This document shows positions 51,534 to 62,029 of a stretch of 64,000 nt of DNA, piece after piece; the first letter of the stretch is position 1; every line of letters begins with the position of its first letter. The stretch spans positions 256,001-320,000 of the forward strand of contig OZ241855.1 in assembly GCA_965202785.1 (NCBI GenBank), in the 5' to 3' direction. Position numbers and translations under genes: made by a program. The notes beneath the pieces are model-generated. The model was not told the DNA's origin. It searched no databases and saw only the letters and a list, made by a program, of their open reading frames with translations. Source of the stretch: Thermodesulfobacteriota bacterium (lineage in GTDB: Bacteria; Desulfobacterota_D; UBA1144; Nemesobacterales; Nemesobacteraceae).

Positions 51534-52090
51534 TGAAAACCTCCCCGAACAAGCAAAAAGAAATGGCACTGGAAGAAATCGAAAACCAAATAAGACGCGT
51601 TCCCGATTTCCCGAGCAAAGGGATACTTTTCTACGATATAACCACGCTTGTTAAAAACGCTGAGGCTTTCCGAAAATCCGTTGACATGATGGCGGAAATA
51701 CTCACCGGCAAAGAGGTAACCTCATTTGTCGCGCCCGAAAGCCGAGGCTTCATATTCGCTGCCGCCTTATCCTATAAGCTTGAAAAAGAGTTAATCCTGG
51801 TAAGGAAACCTGGCAAGCTGCCGAGCGACACCGCAAGCGTTTCATATGATCTTGAGTACGGGAAAGACGTTCTGGAAATTCACAAAGACGCGATAAACGG
51901 CAAAAGCAGCGCAGTAATCGTCGATGATCTTCTGGCCACGGGAGGAACGGCACACAGCGCCGGGCGCTTGGTGGAAGAACTGGGAGGAAGCGTCGTAGGA
52001 TACCTTTTCCTCGTAGAGCTTACAGGGCTCAAGGGGGCCGAGGCCCTTTCCCCCCACCCTGTCTGGTCCCTACTTAAAATGCCGGGGTAA
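51533..52090 (+). CDS. apt: Adenine phosphoribosyltransferase
   Basis: PDFP, ESRGF, RKPGKLP, VDDLLATGGT. Confidence 0.96.
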   Translation: MKTSPNKQKEMALEEIENQIRRVPDFPSKGILFYDITTLVKNAEAFRKSVDMMAEILTGKEVTSFVAPESRGFIFAAALSYKLEKELILVRKPGKLPSDTASVSYDLEYGKDVLEIHKDAINGKSSAVIVDDLLATGGTAHSAGRLVEELGGSVVGYLFLVELTGLKGAEALSPHPVWSLLKMPG

Positions 52091-52093
52091 AGA

Positions 52094-53194
52094 TTGAAAA
52101 AGATAGCAGTCAAAGTCAGTTCAAACGAAGATAATTCCTATGAAATACTGATCGGCCAAGGTCTTGTGAGCCAGATTGCGGGCGATCTGGCCGAGGCCTC
52201 CATAGCTCACTCCCACGCCCTAGTAACCGATTCAAACGTGGCGGATCTCTACGGGGCTAAACTTCTGAGCGATCTTGAGGAAGCACTCCCGGAAGTCAAT
52301 ATGATTGTCTTCCCGGCGGGAGAGCAAAGCAAGACCAGAGAAATCAAGTCCTTTATAGAAGACAGGATGCTTGAATCGGGATTCGGCAGGGACTCTTCGG
52401 TCATAGCACTAGGCGGCGGGGTCGTGGGAGACATAGCAGGGTTTGTGGCCGCCACTTACATGAGGGGAGTACCCTGCGTTCAGGTGCCCACAAGCCTAGT
52501 TGCCTGCGTTGACAGTTCGGTGGGAGGAAAAACTGCTGTAGACACCCCTCACGGAAAAAACCTCATCGGTTCCTTCTATCAGCCATGGCGAGTGTATGTG
52601 GACACAGACATGCTTAAAACCCTCGAACCGAAGCAGCTGGCAGAGGGACTCGCCGAGATAATCAAATACGGCGTAATAAGCAGTGAGGATTTCTTCCAGT
52701 ACCTAGAAGCAAATATCGAGAAAATCTACGAATTCGACGACGCTACGCTCCTCGAGGTGATAGAGACAAGCTGCAGGATCAAGGCGGAAGTGGTTGAGAA
52801 GGATGAAAAAGAGCAGAACCTGCGGAAAATCCTTAATTTCGGGCACACGGTCGGCCACGCAATCGAGCAGCTATCCGACTATACAATCTCCCATGGAGAA
52901 GCGATTTCCGCGGGGATGATAATTGAGGGGAGAATCGCTCTGGGTGAAACAGGGTGGAGTGAAAAAGAGCAGGACAGGCTCACCCTTCTTCTGGAGAGGG
53001 CGGGACTTCCTACTGAACCTCCACGCGGGGTAAACGTCGGGAAAGTAATCGACGTCATGAAAATCGACAAGAAAGCCAGAAAAGGCAAGATAGGAATGTC
53101 GCTTCCCGAGCGTATAGGCAAGATGAAAGAACATGAGGGAGATTACGGAATAAAGATCGGGGAGCAGATTATAACTTCCGCTTTTAGATCCTGA
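52094..53194 (+). CDS. aroB: 3-dehydroquinate synthase
   Basis: GGGVVGD, DSSVGGKT, LNFGHT, DKK. Confidence 0.96.
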   Translation: MKKIAVKVSSNEDNSYEILIGQGLVSQIAGDLAEASIAHSHALVTDSNVADLYGAKLLSDLEEALPEVNMIVFPAGEQSKTREIKSFIEDRMLESGFGRDSSVIALGGGVVGDIAGFVAATYMRGVPCVQVPTSLVACVDSSVGGKTAVDTPHGKNLIGSFYQPWRVYVDTDMLKTLEPKQLAEGLAEIIKYGVISSEDFFQYLEANIEKIYEFDDATLLEVIETSCRIKAEVVEKDEKEQNLRKILNFGHTVGHAIEQLSDYTISHGEAISAGMIIEGRIALGETGWSEKEQDRLTLLLERAGLPTEPPRGVNVGKVIDVMKIDKKARKGKIGMSLPERIGKMKEHEGDYGIKIGEQIITSAFRS

Positions 53195-53202
53195 CACGGA
53201 AA

Positions 53203-53811
53203 ATGAAGTTAACCGACCCCGCGGTGGACATCTCCTTGTTTTCGCTTCCCATCGGCAAAAAAGACATCTTCTGCGACGAAAAACCTCTAATACTTGAGAT
53301 CGGCTTTGGAGAAGGAGAATTTCTCATAAACGCGGCGCAGTGCGACGCAAGCAGAAACTACCTTGGTATCGAGATCAAGAGAGGAAGATTTCGAAAAGCG
53401 GTGCGTGCTGCGGAAGAGCTCTCTCTGGAAAACTTAAAATTCCTCCACATTGAAGCTGAGATCGCGCTCAGACAGGTCTTCAGACAGGGAATGTTTGATC
53501 TTGTCCTAGTTAACTTCCCCGACCCTTGGCCGAAGAAAAGACATTCAAAACACAGAATGTTCAACCGGGAATTTATAAGCTGCCTAGCAAAAGTGCTTAC
53601 GAGAAGCGGGAGGACCATAATAAAGACCGATCAGTTGAGCTACATTGAGCAGATAGTGTCCGAATTCAAAAGAAGTTGCTTGTTCCGCCCCGCACACCCT
53701 CCACCCGGTTTCGTTGAGGCTCGAAGAGGAGAAACAGAAACGAAATTCGAAAAACATTTCAGGGAAGCCTCGCAAAAGATATTCAGTGCCGTTTTTCTAA
53801 ATCTTCGCTAG
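53203..53811 (+). CDS. trmB: tRNA (guanine-N7) methyltransferase
   Basis: LEIGFG.G, FPDPWPKKRH, KTD, TKFE. Confidence 0.93.
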   Translation: MKLTDPAVDISLFSLPIGKKDIFCDEKPLILEIGFGEGEFLINAAQCDASRNYLGIEIKRGRFRKAVRAAEELSLENLKFLHIEAEIALRQVFRQGMFDLVLVNFPDPWPKKRHSKHRMFNREFISCLAKVLTRSGRTIIKTDQLSYIEQIVSEFKRSCLFRPAHPPPGFVEARRGETETKFEKHFREASQKIFSAVFLNLR

Positions 53812-53914
53812 CAAACAGGCTCAATAGGTCGATATGTAAAGACTTTATAATTGACATTAGGGATGTTCTATGTATTAAGTTGTCCGTTCCGCACAAAATA
53901 TGGAGGTTCTTTAA

Positions 53915-54934
53915 ATGATAGTAGTAATGAAGCAAAAGGCGACCAAGGAAGATATAGACAAGGTCAAATCCGTTATAAAGGAACTTGGTTATTCGCCGCA
54001 TTCAATCGAAGGGATTCTCAGGACTGTCATCGGAGTGGTCGGAGACGAAAGAGGTAAGCCGCATGAACTCGACATCCTCAAACAGCTACAGGGAGTCGAA
54101 AAGGTCGTTCCCGTGCTTCAACCCTACAAGCTGACGAGCAGGGAAGTGAACGACGAAACTTCCGTTTTCAATGTGGAAGGCGTTGCAGTAGGAGACAGGA
54201 ATATCCCCATAATCGCAGGACCGTGCTCGGTTGAAAACGAAGAACAGATAATGACAATTGCGGCTTCCATAAAAGATTCAGGGGCGTCAATGCTCAGAGG
54301 CGGGGCGTTTAAGCCCAGAACTTCCCCCTATTCCTTCCAAGGTCTTGGAAAAGAGGGACTGGAACTTCTCGTGAAGGCAAAAGAAATGACCGGACTGCCC
54401 ATAGTGACCGAAATAATGAGCCCGGACGATCTTGAACTGGTCGAGGAATACGCGGATGTGCTTCAGATCGGAGCGAGAAATTCCCAAAACTACTCGCTTT
54501 TAAGACATGTCGGCAAGTCGAAGAAGGCCGTCTTGCTAAAACGGGGAATGTCGACAACCATAAACGAATTTCTCATGTGCGCAGAATATATACTGTCGGA
54601 GGGCAACAGTAACGTAATGCTCTGCGAACGGGGGATAAGAACCTTTGAGACCGCGACCAGAAACACTTTTGACCTGAACGCTATCCCGGTACTCAAGGAA
54701 AAGACCCACCTGCCTGTTTTCGCCGACCCAAGCCATGGAACCGGCTACTGGCAGTACGTAATTCCAGTAACTTTAGCTTCAATAGCCGCCGGAGCGGACG
54801 GAGTAATAGTCGAGGTTCACAATAACCCGGAGATTGCCGTCAGTGACGGAGCTCAGTCACTTAAACCGAAAACATTCAAAAACCTGATGGAAAAAGCTGC
54901 CCCCGTTGCCGAAGCCATTGGAAGAACCCTTTAG
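53915..54934 (+). CDS. aroF: DAHP synthase type I-beta with N-terminal regulatory domain
   Basis: AGPCSVE, KPRTSPY, LCERG, DPSH. Confidence 0.95.
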   Translation: MIVVMKQKATKEDIDKVKSVIKELGYSPHSIEGILRTVIGVVGDERGKPHELDILKQLQGVEKVVPVLQPYKLTSREVNDETSVFNVEGVAVGDRNIPIIAGPCSVENEEQIMTIAASIKDSGASMLRGGAFKPRTSPYSFQGLGKEGLELLVKAKEMTGLPIVTEIMSPDDLELVEEYADVLQIGARNSQNYSLLRHVGKSKKAVLLKRGMSTTINEFLMCAEYILSEGNSNVMLCERGIRTFETATRNTFDLNAIPVLKEKTHLPVFADPSHGTGYWQYVIPVTLASIAAGADGVIVEVHNNPEIAVSDGAQSLKPKTFKNLMEKAAPVAEAIGRTL

Positions 54935-54948
54935 AGATTTCTCGGACC

Positions 54949-55560
54949 TCAGTAGGAAATCAGGACTTTTCTTCCACTGATAGTCAGTTTTCCCTCGCAG
55001 AAAAGCCTTATTGCTTCGGGCAGTATCCTGTGTTCCTCAGTATGGACTTTTTCAAGCAGAGTCTCTTCTGTATCTTCCTCCGTAACCGGAACAACGGCCT
55101 GAAGAATAATGGGGCCCGCGTCAACTTCCTCTCTCACAAAATGGACAGTACAACCCGTCTGTTTCACTCCGTAGTCAAGTGCCTGTCTTACTGAATTTGT
55201 TCCCGGAAAAGAAGGGAGCAAGGAAGGATGAATATTGATGATACGGTCCGCGAAACGGCCTATGAAATAAGGAGTAAGTATCCTCATGAAACCGGCAAGT
55301 ACGACAAGGCCTATTTCATATCTGTCGATTTTCGCGACTATCTGTCTTTCGAACTCTTCCTTTGATTCAAAATTCCTGCTGTTTACGAGTTCGACGGGAA
55401 TGCCGTGTTCTCTAGCCCTCTCAATCGCCATGACTCCAGGGGTATCACAGACAACCACGGCTATGTTTGCGGATTCTATGCCGGAATCTATCACCGCCTG
55501 AAGATTTGTTCCGCTTCCGGAAACAAACACGGCAACGTTGGTCTTTGACATCGCAGGCAC
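54949..55560 (-). CDS. purN: Phosphoribosylglycinamide formyltransferase
   Basis: SGSGTNL, LAGFMRIL, NIHPSLLP. Confidence 0.96.
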   Translation of the reverse strand: MPAMSKTNVAVFVSGSGTNLQAVIDSGIESANIAVVVCDTPGVMAIERAREHGIPVELVNSRNFESKEEFERQIVAKIDRYEIGLVVLAGFMRILTPYFIGRFADRIINIHPSLLPSFPGTNSVRQALDYGVKQTGCTVHFVREEVDAGPIILQAVVPVTEEDTEETLLEKVHTEEHRILPEAIRLFCEGKLTISGRKVLISY

Positions 55561-55591
55561 CGGAAACTTGAGAAAGCAAGGAAAGAAAGAA

Positions 55592-55707
55592 AAGGGCAGC
55601 CACCTACTTTCCCACTCCTGAAAGGAGCAGTATCATCGGCCTATAAGGACTTAACTTCCGGGTTCGGGATGGGACCGGGTGCTTCCCCTTCAGCATAGCC
55701 ACCCTAG
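55592..55707 (-). rRNA. rrf: 5S rRNA, stand-alone
   Basis: Minus strand has CCCATCCCGAACCCGGAAGTTAAG, GCCGATGATACT, GGGAAAGTAGG and a terminal helix. Confidence 0.93.
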
Positions 55708-55714
55708 ACGGGAA

Positions 55715-55742
55715 AAACTATCACTAAAAAAAATAATGTCAA
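55715..55742 (-). promoter_or_regulatory. Promoter immediately upstream of the 5S rRNA
   Basis: TTGACA, 16 nt, TAGTTT preceded by TGn (extended -10). Confidence 0.55.
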
Positions 55743-55751
55743 GCTAGAATG

Positions 55752-57236
55752 TCAGTCAGTATTAAAACCCCGTATTGGAAGAGCTCTTCCGAACCTTTTG
55801 AGCTTCTTAATGGCCTTTACCTCGATCTGTCTTATTCTCTCGCGGGTAACGTTCAATTTTTTTCCTATTTCTTCAAGGGTGTATTCCTTGTCCTCATCTA
55901 TACCAAAACGCATTTTAACGACTCCTTCCTCCCCGTTACTGAGGTTGGAGCAGAGTGCGTTGCGCATGATCCGGTTTAATTCTTTGGTTTCGAGCATGTC
56001 AAGCGGAGAAGTGGAAGCCGGGTCCGAGATAATATCCATCAGCCTGCAGTCGTCCTCGCCAATCGGGGATTCCAGAGAAATCGGGTCACGTGACACCTTC
56101 ATAATCTTCAAGACCTTATCAAGAGGTATGTCCATTGCCTCGGCTATCTCTTCCGGTCTGGGTTCCCTCCCTAATTTCTGCATCAGGGATCTCGAGATCT
56201 TGTTTAGCCTGTTTATATTTTCGGTCATGTGAACGGGAATTCTTATAAGACTTCCCTGGTCGGCTATTGCGCGCGTAATTGCCTGCTTTATCCACCATGT
56301 GGCGCAGGTTGAAAATTTGTATCCCATTCCATGTTCGAACTTTTCAACCGCTTTCATCAGCCCCATATTGCCTTCTTGAACCAAATCGAGAAACGGCAAC
56401 CCTCTGTTAACGTATTTTCTCGCTATACTAACTACAAGTCTAAGGTTGCACTCGATAAGTGTTTTCCTAGCTTTCTTAGTAGCCTTCTTTGCTTTTTCAA
56501 ACCTTCTAAGCACCTTTTTAAGAGAAGCGATTTCCTCCTCGGAATATTCAGATTTCGAACCATTGCCAATCGCATCGTCTGAACCATCCATCATGCAGTC
56601 ACAACTCTCGCCCTCAACCCTGTCCACATATTCGACGGCCAGATTGTATATCCTGTTGGCCTGCGTAGAGGAGAAATCGATTTCGTCAAGAAGTTCTACG
56701 GTCCGTTCGTTGTTCTTTCTGATTTGCTTAGAGATCTTCGCTCTTTCGCTATCTGAAAGAGTTGGAGTATCGAGTTTCTTTCTCAGTTCTTCGGTCTCAG
56801 CAAAAAGTTCTCTTATCGGAAGAAAGTTCTTTGCGGAATTTTTATATGTTTCGCCGTCAGCGGAGGATTCTATGTCCTCGCCTTGATAGCCCGCACCGAG
56901 CGCCCCTTCTTTTATCTCTTCTTCGAGCTTGAGAACCTTTTTCATCATGAAGGGGTTCTCTATTATCATTCTCGCGATTATTTTTTTGCCTTTTTCAATC
57001 TGTCTTGCTATCTCAACCTCTTCCTCCTTGGAAAGGAGGGAGTGCTGCGCAATAGCGAGAATGTACGATCTTATAGGGTCTTGATCGGAATCGTTGCTCT
57101 TTACGTGTTTGAGCCTGTCTTCCGCTCGAGAATCAGACGGGGTATTTTGGAAACCCTGTACGGACTCAGAGAATTCCCCTTCGTTCTGTCCGTCAATTTC
57201 GTTTCCCAACCCGTTAGTCTCGTCGTTTGGATTCAA
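55752..57236 (-). CDS. rpoD: RpoD-like sigma70 factor (divergent region 2)
   Basis: DPIRSY, NLRLVVSIARKY, DLVQEGN, TRERIRQIE; downstream of dnaG. Confidence 0.85.
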   Translation of the reverse strand: MNPNDETNGLGNEIDGQNEGEFSESVQGFQNTPSDSRAEDRLKHVKSNDSDQDPIRSYILAIAQHSLLSKEEEVEIARQIEKGKKIIARMIIENPFMMKKVLKLEEEIKEGALGAGYQGEDIESSADGETYKNSAKNFLPIRELFAETEELRKKLDTPTLSDSERAKISKQIRKNNERTVELLDEIDFSSTQANRIYNLAVEYVDRVEGESCDCMMDGSDDAIGNGSKSEYSEEEIASLKKVLRRFEKAKKATKKARKTLIECNLRLVVSIARKYVNRGLPFLDLVQEGNMGLMKAVEKFEHGMGYKFSTCATWWIKQAITRAIADQGSLIRIPVHMTENINRLNKISRSLMQKLGREPRPEEIAEAMDIPLDKVLKIMKVSRDPISLESPIGEDDCRLMDIISDPASTSPLDMLETKELNRIMRNALCSNLSNGEEGVVKMRFGIDEDKEYTLEEIGKKLNVTRERIRQIEVKAIKKLKRFGRALPIRGFNTD

Positions 57237-59026
57237 CTTGCAGTTCCTCTTCTGGTCTTTTCCATACTCACCAGATCCCTGTATTGCTCAACAAGCTTTC
57301 TTTCAAGGGTTTTATCCGAAGAATCACGCTGCTTGCGGATTCTCTCTATTACTTGATTACGCTTAAATGCTATATCTCTCAGTTCAAGCTCCTTCACGCA
57401 ATCATTTAATATTTTCTCCGAAGTCGTCTCGTCTATCAAATCATCCGAAGAAAAAATTAACTCGCTCAGCAGTTGCTGCATCTCGATTTTCTCAAAAGAA
57501 CTCATCAGGGAGGAAACTTCAGTAAACTCCCCTTCACCCACACGTTTGAGAATAACCTTTAAATCGCCATTTTCAAAATCCCTGCTGATATTTTCAATCT
57601 TCTCGGCGCTCATCAGGTGGGGGAATTTAAGCAGTATCCTCACAATTTCTCTCTCATGAATGTTTTTTTCCGGAATCAAGGCCGCCGGCGCAAGCGACCC
57701 GCGGTTTCTCCCCGGATTCGGGGTTTTTACCAGAGAGAGAAACTCAGACTCTCTTATCCCAAAAAGCCCTGTTGCCTTGGAAACAGCTTCAGCACTTCGG
57801 ACCGGGTCTTTTATTTTTGAAACCAAGCCCACAAGCAATTTTATCGACTCTCCGGAAGATACTTTCTTTTCCCTGTACCTTGCGAAAGTATCGTCAATAA
57901 TAAAATCTGAGACATCAACGGCGGCCGCGATCAGTTCGGCGAGACTCTCAGGTCCGTGTTCCTCCAGATAATCATCGGGGTCGAGGCCATCGGGAATACG
58001 GCAAATACTTGAAGAAATCCCTTGCTCAAGAAGAAGCTCTCCGGCCCGAACGGCGGAACGTATCCCAGCGGTATCACCGTCGTAGACAATCACCACCTCC
58101 TCACAGAAACGCCGCAGAAATCTAGCATGCTCATTCGTAAAGGCCGTTCCCAAGGTAGCAACCACATTGCGTATTCCATTTGCGTAGAGCTTTATGAAGT
58201 CCATGTAGCCTTCAACCAAGACGGCTTTCCGTTTTCTTCCGATTTCATTTTTCGAGTGATAAAGTCCGTAAAGAACGCTCTTTTTGTCGAAAACAGGAGA
58301 TTCAGGGGAATTCATGTATTTCGGCTGTTTGGATTCGTCTTCGCTCAGAGTTCTGCCGCCAAAACCGCAAATTCGTCCTGTTATCTCGTTTATGGGAAAA
58401 ATAATCCTGTTTCGAAACCGATCGTAGTGCCCGCTCCCGCTCTCTCTCGCAACGACAAGACCAAGCTCTTCGAGTTCCTTGACACCGATATTGTTTTTTG
58501 AAGCGAATTTCACGGCGGCATCCCAGCTGTCGGGTGCAAAGCCGAGCTTGAATTCCTCGATTATCTCCGAGCTGATTCCCCTCGATTCTAGGTATTCTTT
58601 AGCCCATGCGGAGTTTTTTCCTGAACTGTGGAGGTTCCTGCTGTAAAACGAACAGACAAGAGAATTTATCTCAAAAAACCTCGCCGAAGCGGCCTTTTTT
58701 TTCTTCTCACTTTTGGTGGGCGGACGCGAGGCCGGAAGCCTGACTCCGGCTTTCTTGGCAAGTTCTTTTAAGGCGTCGGGGAAACCTATATTACTGTATC
58801 TCATCAGGAAGCCGAATACATCTCCTCCGGCTCCGCAACTGAAGCAATGGAAAAAACCCTTCTCATCATTTACATGCATGGAAGGGTTGTTGTCGTCGTG
58901 GAACGGGCAGAGCCCGATATAGTTTTTTCCAGATTTTTTAAGGGAGACAAAGCCCTGTATGACATCTACTATGCTGAGCTTTGCTTTTATATCCGCTATC
59001 GCTGATGTGGAAGAATATTTCTTCAT
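57233..59026 (-). CDS. dnaG: DNA primase
   Basis: CPFH zinc finger, PKYMNSPE, VEGYMD, DPDD. Confidence 0.97.
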   Translation of the reverse strand: MKKYSSTSAIADIKAKLSIVDVIQGFVSLKKSGKNYIGLCPFHDDNNPSMHVNDEKGFFHCFSCGAGGDVFGFLMRYSNIGFPDALKELAKKAGVRLPASRPPTKSEKKKKAASARFFEINSLVCSFYSRNLHSSGKNSAWAKEYLESRGISSEIIEEFKLGFAPDSWDAAVKFASKNNIGVKELEELGLVVARESGSGHYDRFRNRIIFPINEITGRICGFGGRTLSEDESKQPKYMNSPESPVFDKKSVLYGLYHSKNEIGRKRKAVLVEGYMDFIKLYANGIRNVVATLGTAFTNEHARFLRRFCEEVVIVYDGDTAGIRSAVRAGELLLEQGISSSICRIPDGLDPDDYLEEHGPESLAELIAAAVDVSDFIIDDTFARYREKKVSSGESIKLLVGLVSKIKDPVRSAEAVSKATGLFGIRESEFLSLVKTPNPGRNRGSLAPAALIPEKNIHEREIVRILLKFPHLMSAEKIENISRDFENGDLKVILKRVGEGEFTEVSSLMSSFEKIEMQQLLSELIFSSDDLIDETTSEKILNDCVKELELRDIAFKRNQVIERIRKQRDSSDKTLERKLVEQYRDLVSMEKTRRGTAS

Positions 59027-59094
59027 TCAAAGCGACTTAATCGGTGGGGCCTTCAGAAATAACTTCCGGTGAAAACCGCGCAAATTGAGACGGT

Positions 59095-59283
59095 TTATCT
59101 TCTCTTCCTGCTTGAACTGCGCTTTTTGGCGGCAAACAGCTTCTTTTTTTTCTTTTCGCTCGGTTTTTCGTAGTATTCTCTCTTCCTTACTTCAGAGAGA
59201 ACCCCACCCTTCTCAACCTGTTTCTTAAACCTTTTTAAAGCGCTGTCAATACTTTCGCTGCTACCTACTGTTATTCCTGGCAA
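59095..59283 (-). CDS. rpsU: 30S ribosomal protein S21
   Basis: ALKRFKK, EYYEKPS. Confidence 0.95.
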   Translation of the reverse strand: MPGITVGSSESIDSALKRFKKQVEKGGVLSEVRKREYYEKPSEKKKKKLFAAKKRSSSRKRR

Positions 59284-59374
59284 AAAATCAAAACCTCCAT
59301 CCTCATGGGGCTGAAAATCCTAAAGGATAAAAAAAACGTTGTCAAATCACCCGCCGACCGCTCTCTCCCGCCGA

Positions 59375-59563
59375 CTATTTCGATTGTTCTTCCAGAAGCG
59401 GGAATTTCCCAACCTTCTCCTGGTTCTTTTTTATCTCTTCTTCGATTTTGCGGGCGTTTCCTTTCTCGAATTCATGGTCGTAGGGCTCCTGGAAAGCTCT
59501 CTGCTCTTCTAATCTCCGGCTCCAGGAATCCCGCCTGTTTCTGATTTCATCCACAAGTCCCAT
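59375..59563 (-). CDS. Small charged hypothetical protein
   Basis: AAGGGGA RBS, 62 aa, co-oriented with neighbours. Confidence 0.5.
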   Translation of the reverse strand: MGLVDEIRNRRDSWSRRLEEQRAFQEPYDHEFEKGNARKIEEEIKKNQEKVGKFPLLEEQSK

Positions 59564-59599
59564 GACAATCCCCTTTAAGGTGATTTCTCCGCAACCGTT

Positions 59600-60508
59600 T
59601 CAGTTCAAAGCGACTGCCGATATTTTCATAAATTCAACCTTTTTCTCAATCTTAGGCATATACTCCCCAAGAGCGTCTATCGTCTGCGGGTAAGGATGGC
59701 CTATACCTACCGCTATACCGTTTTTCTCAGCGATCCTTACCAAGCGGTCAAGCTGCTCTATAGTATATTCCTTGCCCCGACCACTCTGGTCAATAAAAAC
59801 ATCCCTTTTAAGCGTCTTTACTCCAAGCCGCCTCGCTACGCTGTATCCACGGGAGTTGGGAGTCGTAAGGCTGTCAACAAAGTAAAGATCCCTAGCCTTC
59901 AGTTCCCGCATTACCATTCTTACCGGCTCTTCATTCTCCATGAACTTAGAGCCCATATGGTTGTTGACTCCGACTATGTTGGGGACGGCCATGATGTTTC
60001 TTCTGAGCTCCTCCCTCATCTGGTCTATCGAGAAGCCGAGCAGCAAAACTCCTTCTCCAGCGTCATCGGCCGTATAGCCGGAGGAATACTTGGGTTCCAT
60101 GGGAAGGTGGAGAATCACGTCCTTTCCCCCGCGGTAAGCAGAACGCGCAGCGTACAGGGAATGGGGAAGATGCGGAAGCACGGCTAAGTTAAGGGGCTGC
60201 TTGATCCTGAGAAGCCTATCAACCGATTCTCTGTCCTGGCCCAGATCATCTATTATGAGGACAACTGCTGGACGCCGGGGCTTTTTCTCCGCAACCTTGT
60301 CCGCCGCAGTAGGTGTAGCCTCCCGGGGTGACCATCCGTCAAAAAATCTTTCGATATGCTTGAGGCCGAAAATCGAAAAGGCAAAAAAGAAAATTAGGAC
60401 CAGGACTGCGTGGGTAAGTCTCGTCGTGCGTTTTTTATCGCCGGTTTTTGCCGTAGACTGTCTTTTTCTCGTTCGCTTCTTCTTCTGACTCAAGCTCTTA
60501 TTCCTCAC
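59600..60508 (-). CDS. Divergent polysaccharide deacetylase (YibQ-like)
   Basis: IIDDLG, HLPMEP, NNHMGS, IGHP. Confidence 0.92.
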   Translation of the reverse strand: MRNKSLSQKKKRTRKRQSTAKTGDKKRTTRLTHAVLVLIFFFAFSIFGLKHIERFFDGWSPREATPTAADKVAEKKPRRPAVVLIIDDLGQDRESVDRLLRIKQPLNLAVLPHLPHSLYAARSAYRGGKDVILHLPMEPKYSSGYTADDAGEGVLLLGFSIDQMREELRRNIMAVPNIVGVNNHMGSKFMENEEPVRMVMRELKARDLYFVDSLTTPNSRGYSVARRLGVKTLKRDVFIDQSGRGKEYTIEQLDRLVRIAEKNGIAVGIGHPYPQTIDALGEYMPKIEKKVEFMKISAVALN

Positions 60509-61644
60509 ATGTGCTTTACAGTTTCCAACGCCCTTGCAAGCTGCGGGTCCGATGGGACATCCTTGTCGCTACCTTCAACCAAAATATCAGGTTCTATACC
60601 CTTGTCATCTATCAGAATCCCCTTGGGGGTAAAAAGCCTCGCCGTGGTTATCTTTACTCCCGTTTCCCCCGAAAGTTCTATTACTGACTGAACTGAACCC
60701 TTGCCGAATGTTCTCGTACCGACTATCTTCGCCCTGCCGCTGTCTTTAAGTGCTCCGGCAAGAACTTCGGAAGCACTCGCACTCCCCCGGTTCACGATTA
60801 CGGCAACGTGATTGGTCGGTATATCCATTCCCTCCCTAGCGAAATATTCCTTCGAAGTCACTTTGGACCTTCCCTTCACGTTCAGGATAAGCCCTTTATC
60901 CATGAACATGTCACTAAGCGCAAGCGCCTGTTCAAGCAATCCTCCAGGGTTGTTTCTGAGGTCAAGCACAAGTCCTCCGAGCTTCGCACCGTTTTCCTTT
61001 TCAAGCCCCCTGTAGGAACTGAGAAACTCATCAGCAGAATGCCTGTGGAACTGCGAGAGCTTTATATAACCTATATCCTTTTCGATCAACCTAGACTCGA
61101 CACTTCTAAGTTTCACTATTCGTCTTGTGACGGTGAACTTATGGGTTTCCTCGGTTCCGTCTCTTCTGACAACGATATCAACTTCAGTTCCTTCTCTACC
61201 CCTTATGCGGTCCAGAGCATCAACTATGTTGGTCTTCTCGGTGCTTTCTCCATCTATGGAGACGATCACGTCTCCCGATCTCATGCCGGCTTCCTGCGCA
61301 GGACTTCCTTCAATCGGAGATATAACGGTCAAAAACCCGTCGCGCACCGTAATCTCGACTCCTATGCCCTCAAACTCCCCCATAGTTCCTATCTCAAGGT
61401 TTCTCAAGCTCTCGGATGAAAGGTAAACCGAGTAGGGATCAAGAGAATCGAACATGCCTTTTATGGCACTTTGGGTCAGCTGCTCGGAGGAAACTTCTTC
61501 CACATAATTTTCCTCTATAAGGTTCAGGGCCTTCGCGAAGTCGGAAAGGCCTCTGTATGTATCTTCTTTTGCGAGAAGCGGGGTTGAAAAAAGAGAAGCC
61601 GGAATTAACGCGTATACTATGAAGAAAAAGCGGAACTTTGTCAT
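60505..61644 (-). CDS. ctpA: Carboxy-terminal processing protease (S41)
   Basis: PDZ GIG, DLRNNPGG, SASASE, FGKGSVQ. Confidence 0.94.
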   Translation of the reverse strand: MTKFRFFFIVYALIPASLFSTPLLAKEDTYRGLSDFAKALNLIEENYVEEVSSEQLTQSAIKGMFDSLDPYSVYLSSESLRNLEIGTMGEFEGIGVEITVRDGFLTVISPIEGSPAQEAGMRSGDVIVSIDGESTEKTNIVDALDRIRGREGTEVDIVVRRDGTEETHKFTVTRRIVKLRSVESRLIEKDIGYIKLSQFHRHSADEFLSSYRGLEKENGAKLGGLVLDLRNNPGGLLEQALALSDMFMDKGLILNVKGRSKVTSKEYFAREGMDIPTNHVAVIVNRGSASASEVLAGALKDSGRAKIVGTRTFGKGSVQSVIELSGETGVKITTARLFTPKGILIDDKGIEPDILVEGSDKDVPSDPQLARALETVKHM

Positions 61645-61770
61645 TGCGACCTACGTTTCCTGTAGTCTACCTGAAAGGAAATTTTTTTGGACTGAGCAAG
61701 TAAAGCAAGGTTTTCGCCCTTGATGAAAAAAGGGGAATAAGATAGGTTTACGGTAGATCGGTTCACTTAT

Positions 61771-61989
61771 ATGTCAACACTTTTTACTGGAATAATATCA
61801 GGATTTGTCAAAAGCTGCGTTTCCGACCTTCCCGAAGCATCCCGGGAGTGGGTTCCGCTGAAAAGAGCCCTTTTCTACCTGGGGGCACTTCTCATATACC
61901 CGGTCGCCCTGATCGTGGCCATGGTGGTAATTGCTACGGTCGTTCTGATCGCATATCCCGTTTCTTACATCTATCGGGCGGCGAGCTGA
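61771..61989 (+). CDS. Small membrane protein
   Basis: 72-aa hydrophobic ORF upstream of uppS. Confidence 0.45.
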   Translation: MSTLFTGIISGFVKSCVSDLPEASREWVPLKRALFYLGALLIYPVALIVAMVVIATVVLIAYPVSYIYRAAS

Positions 61990-62029
61990 AACGACGGTTA
62001 TCAGCGAAACTCTCAAACAGTGGCTCGTA

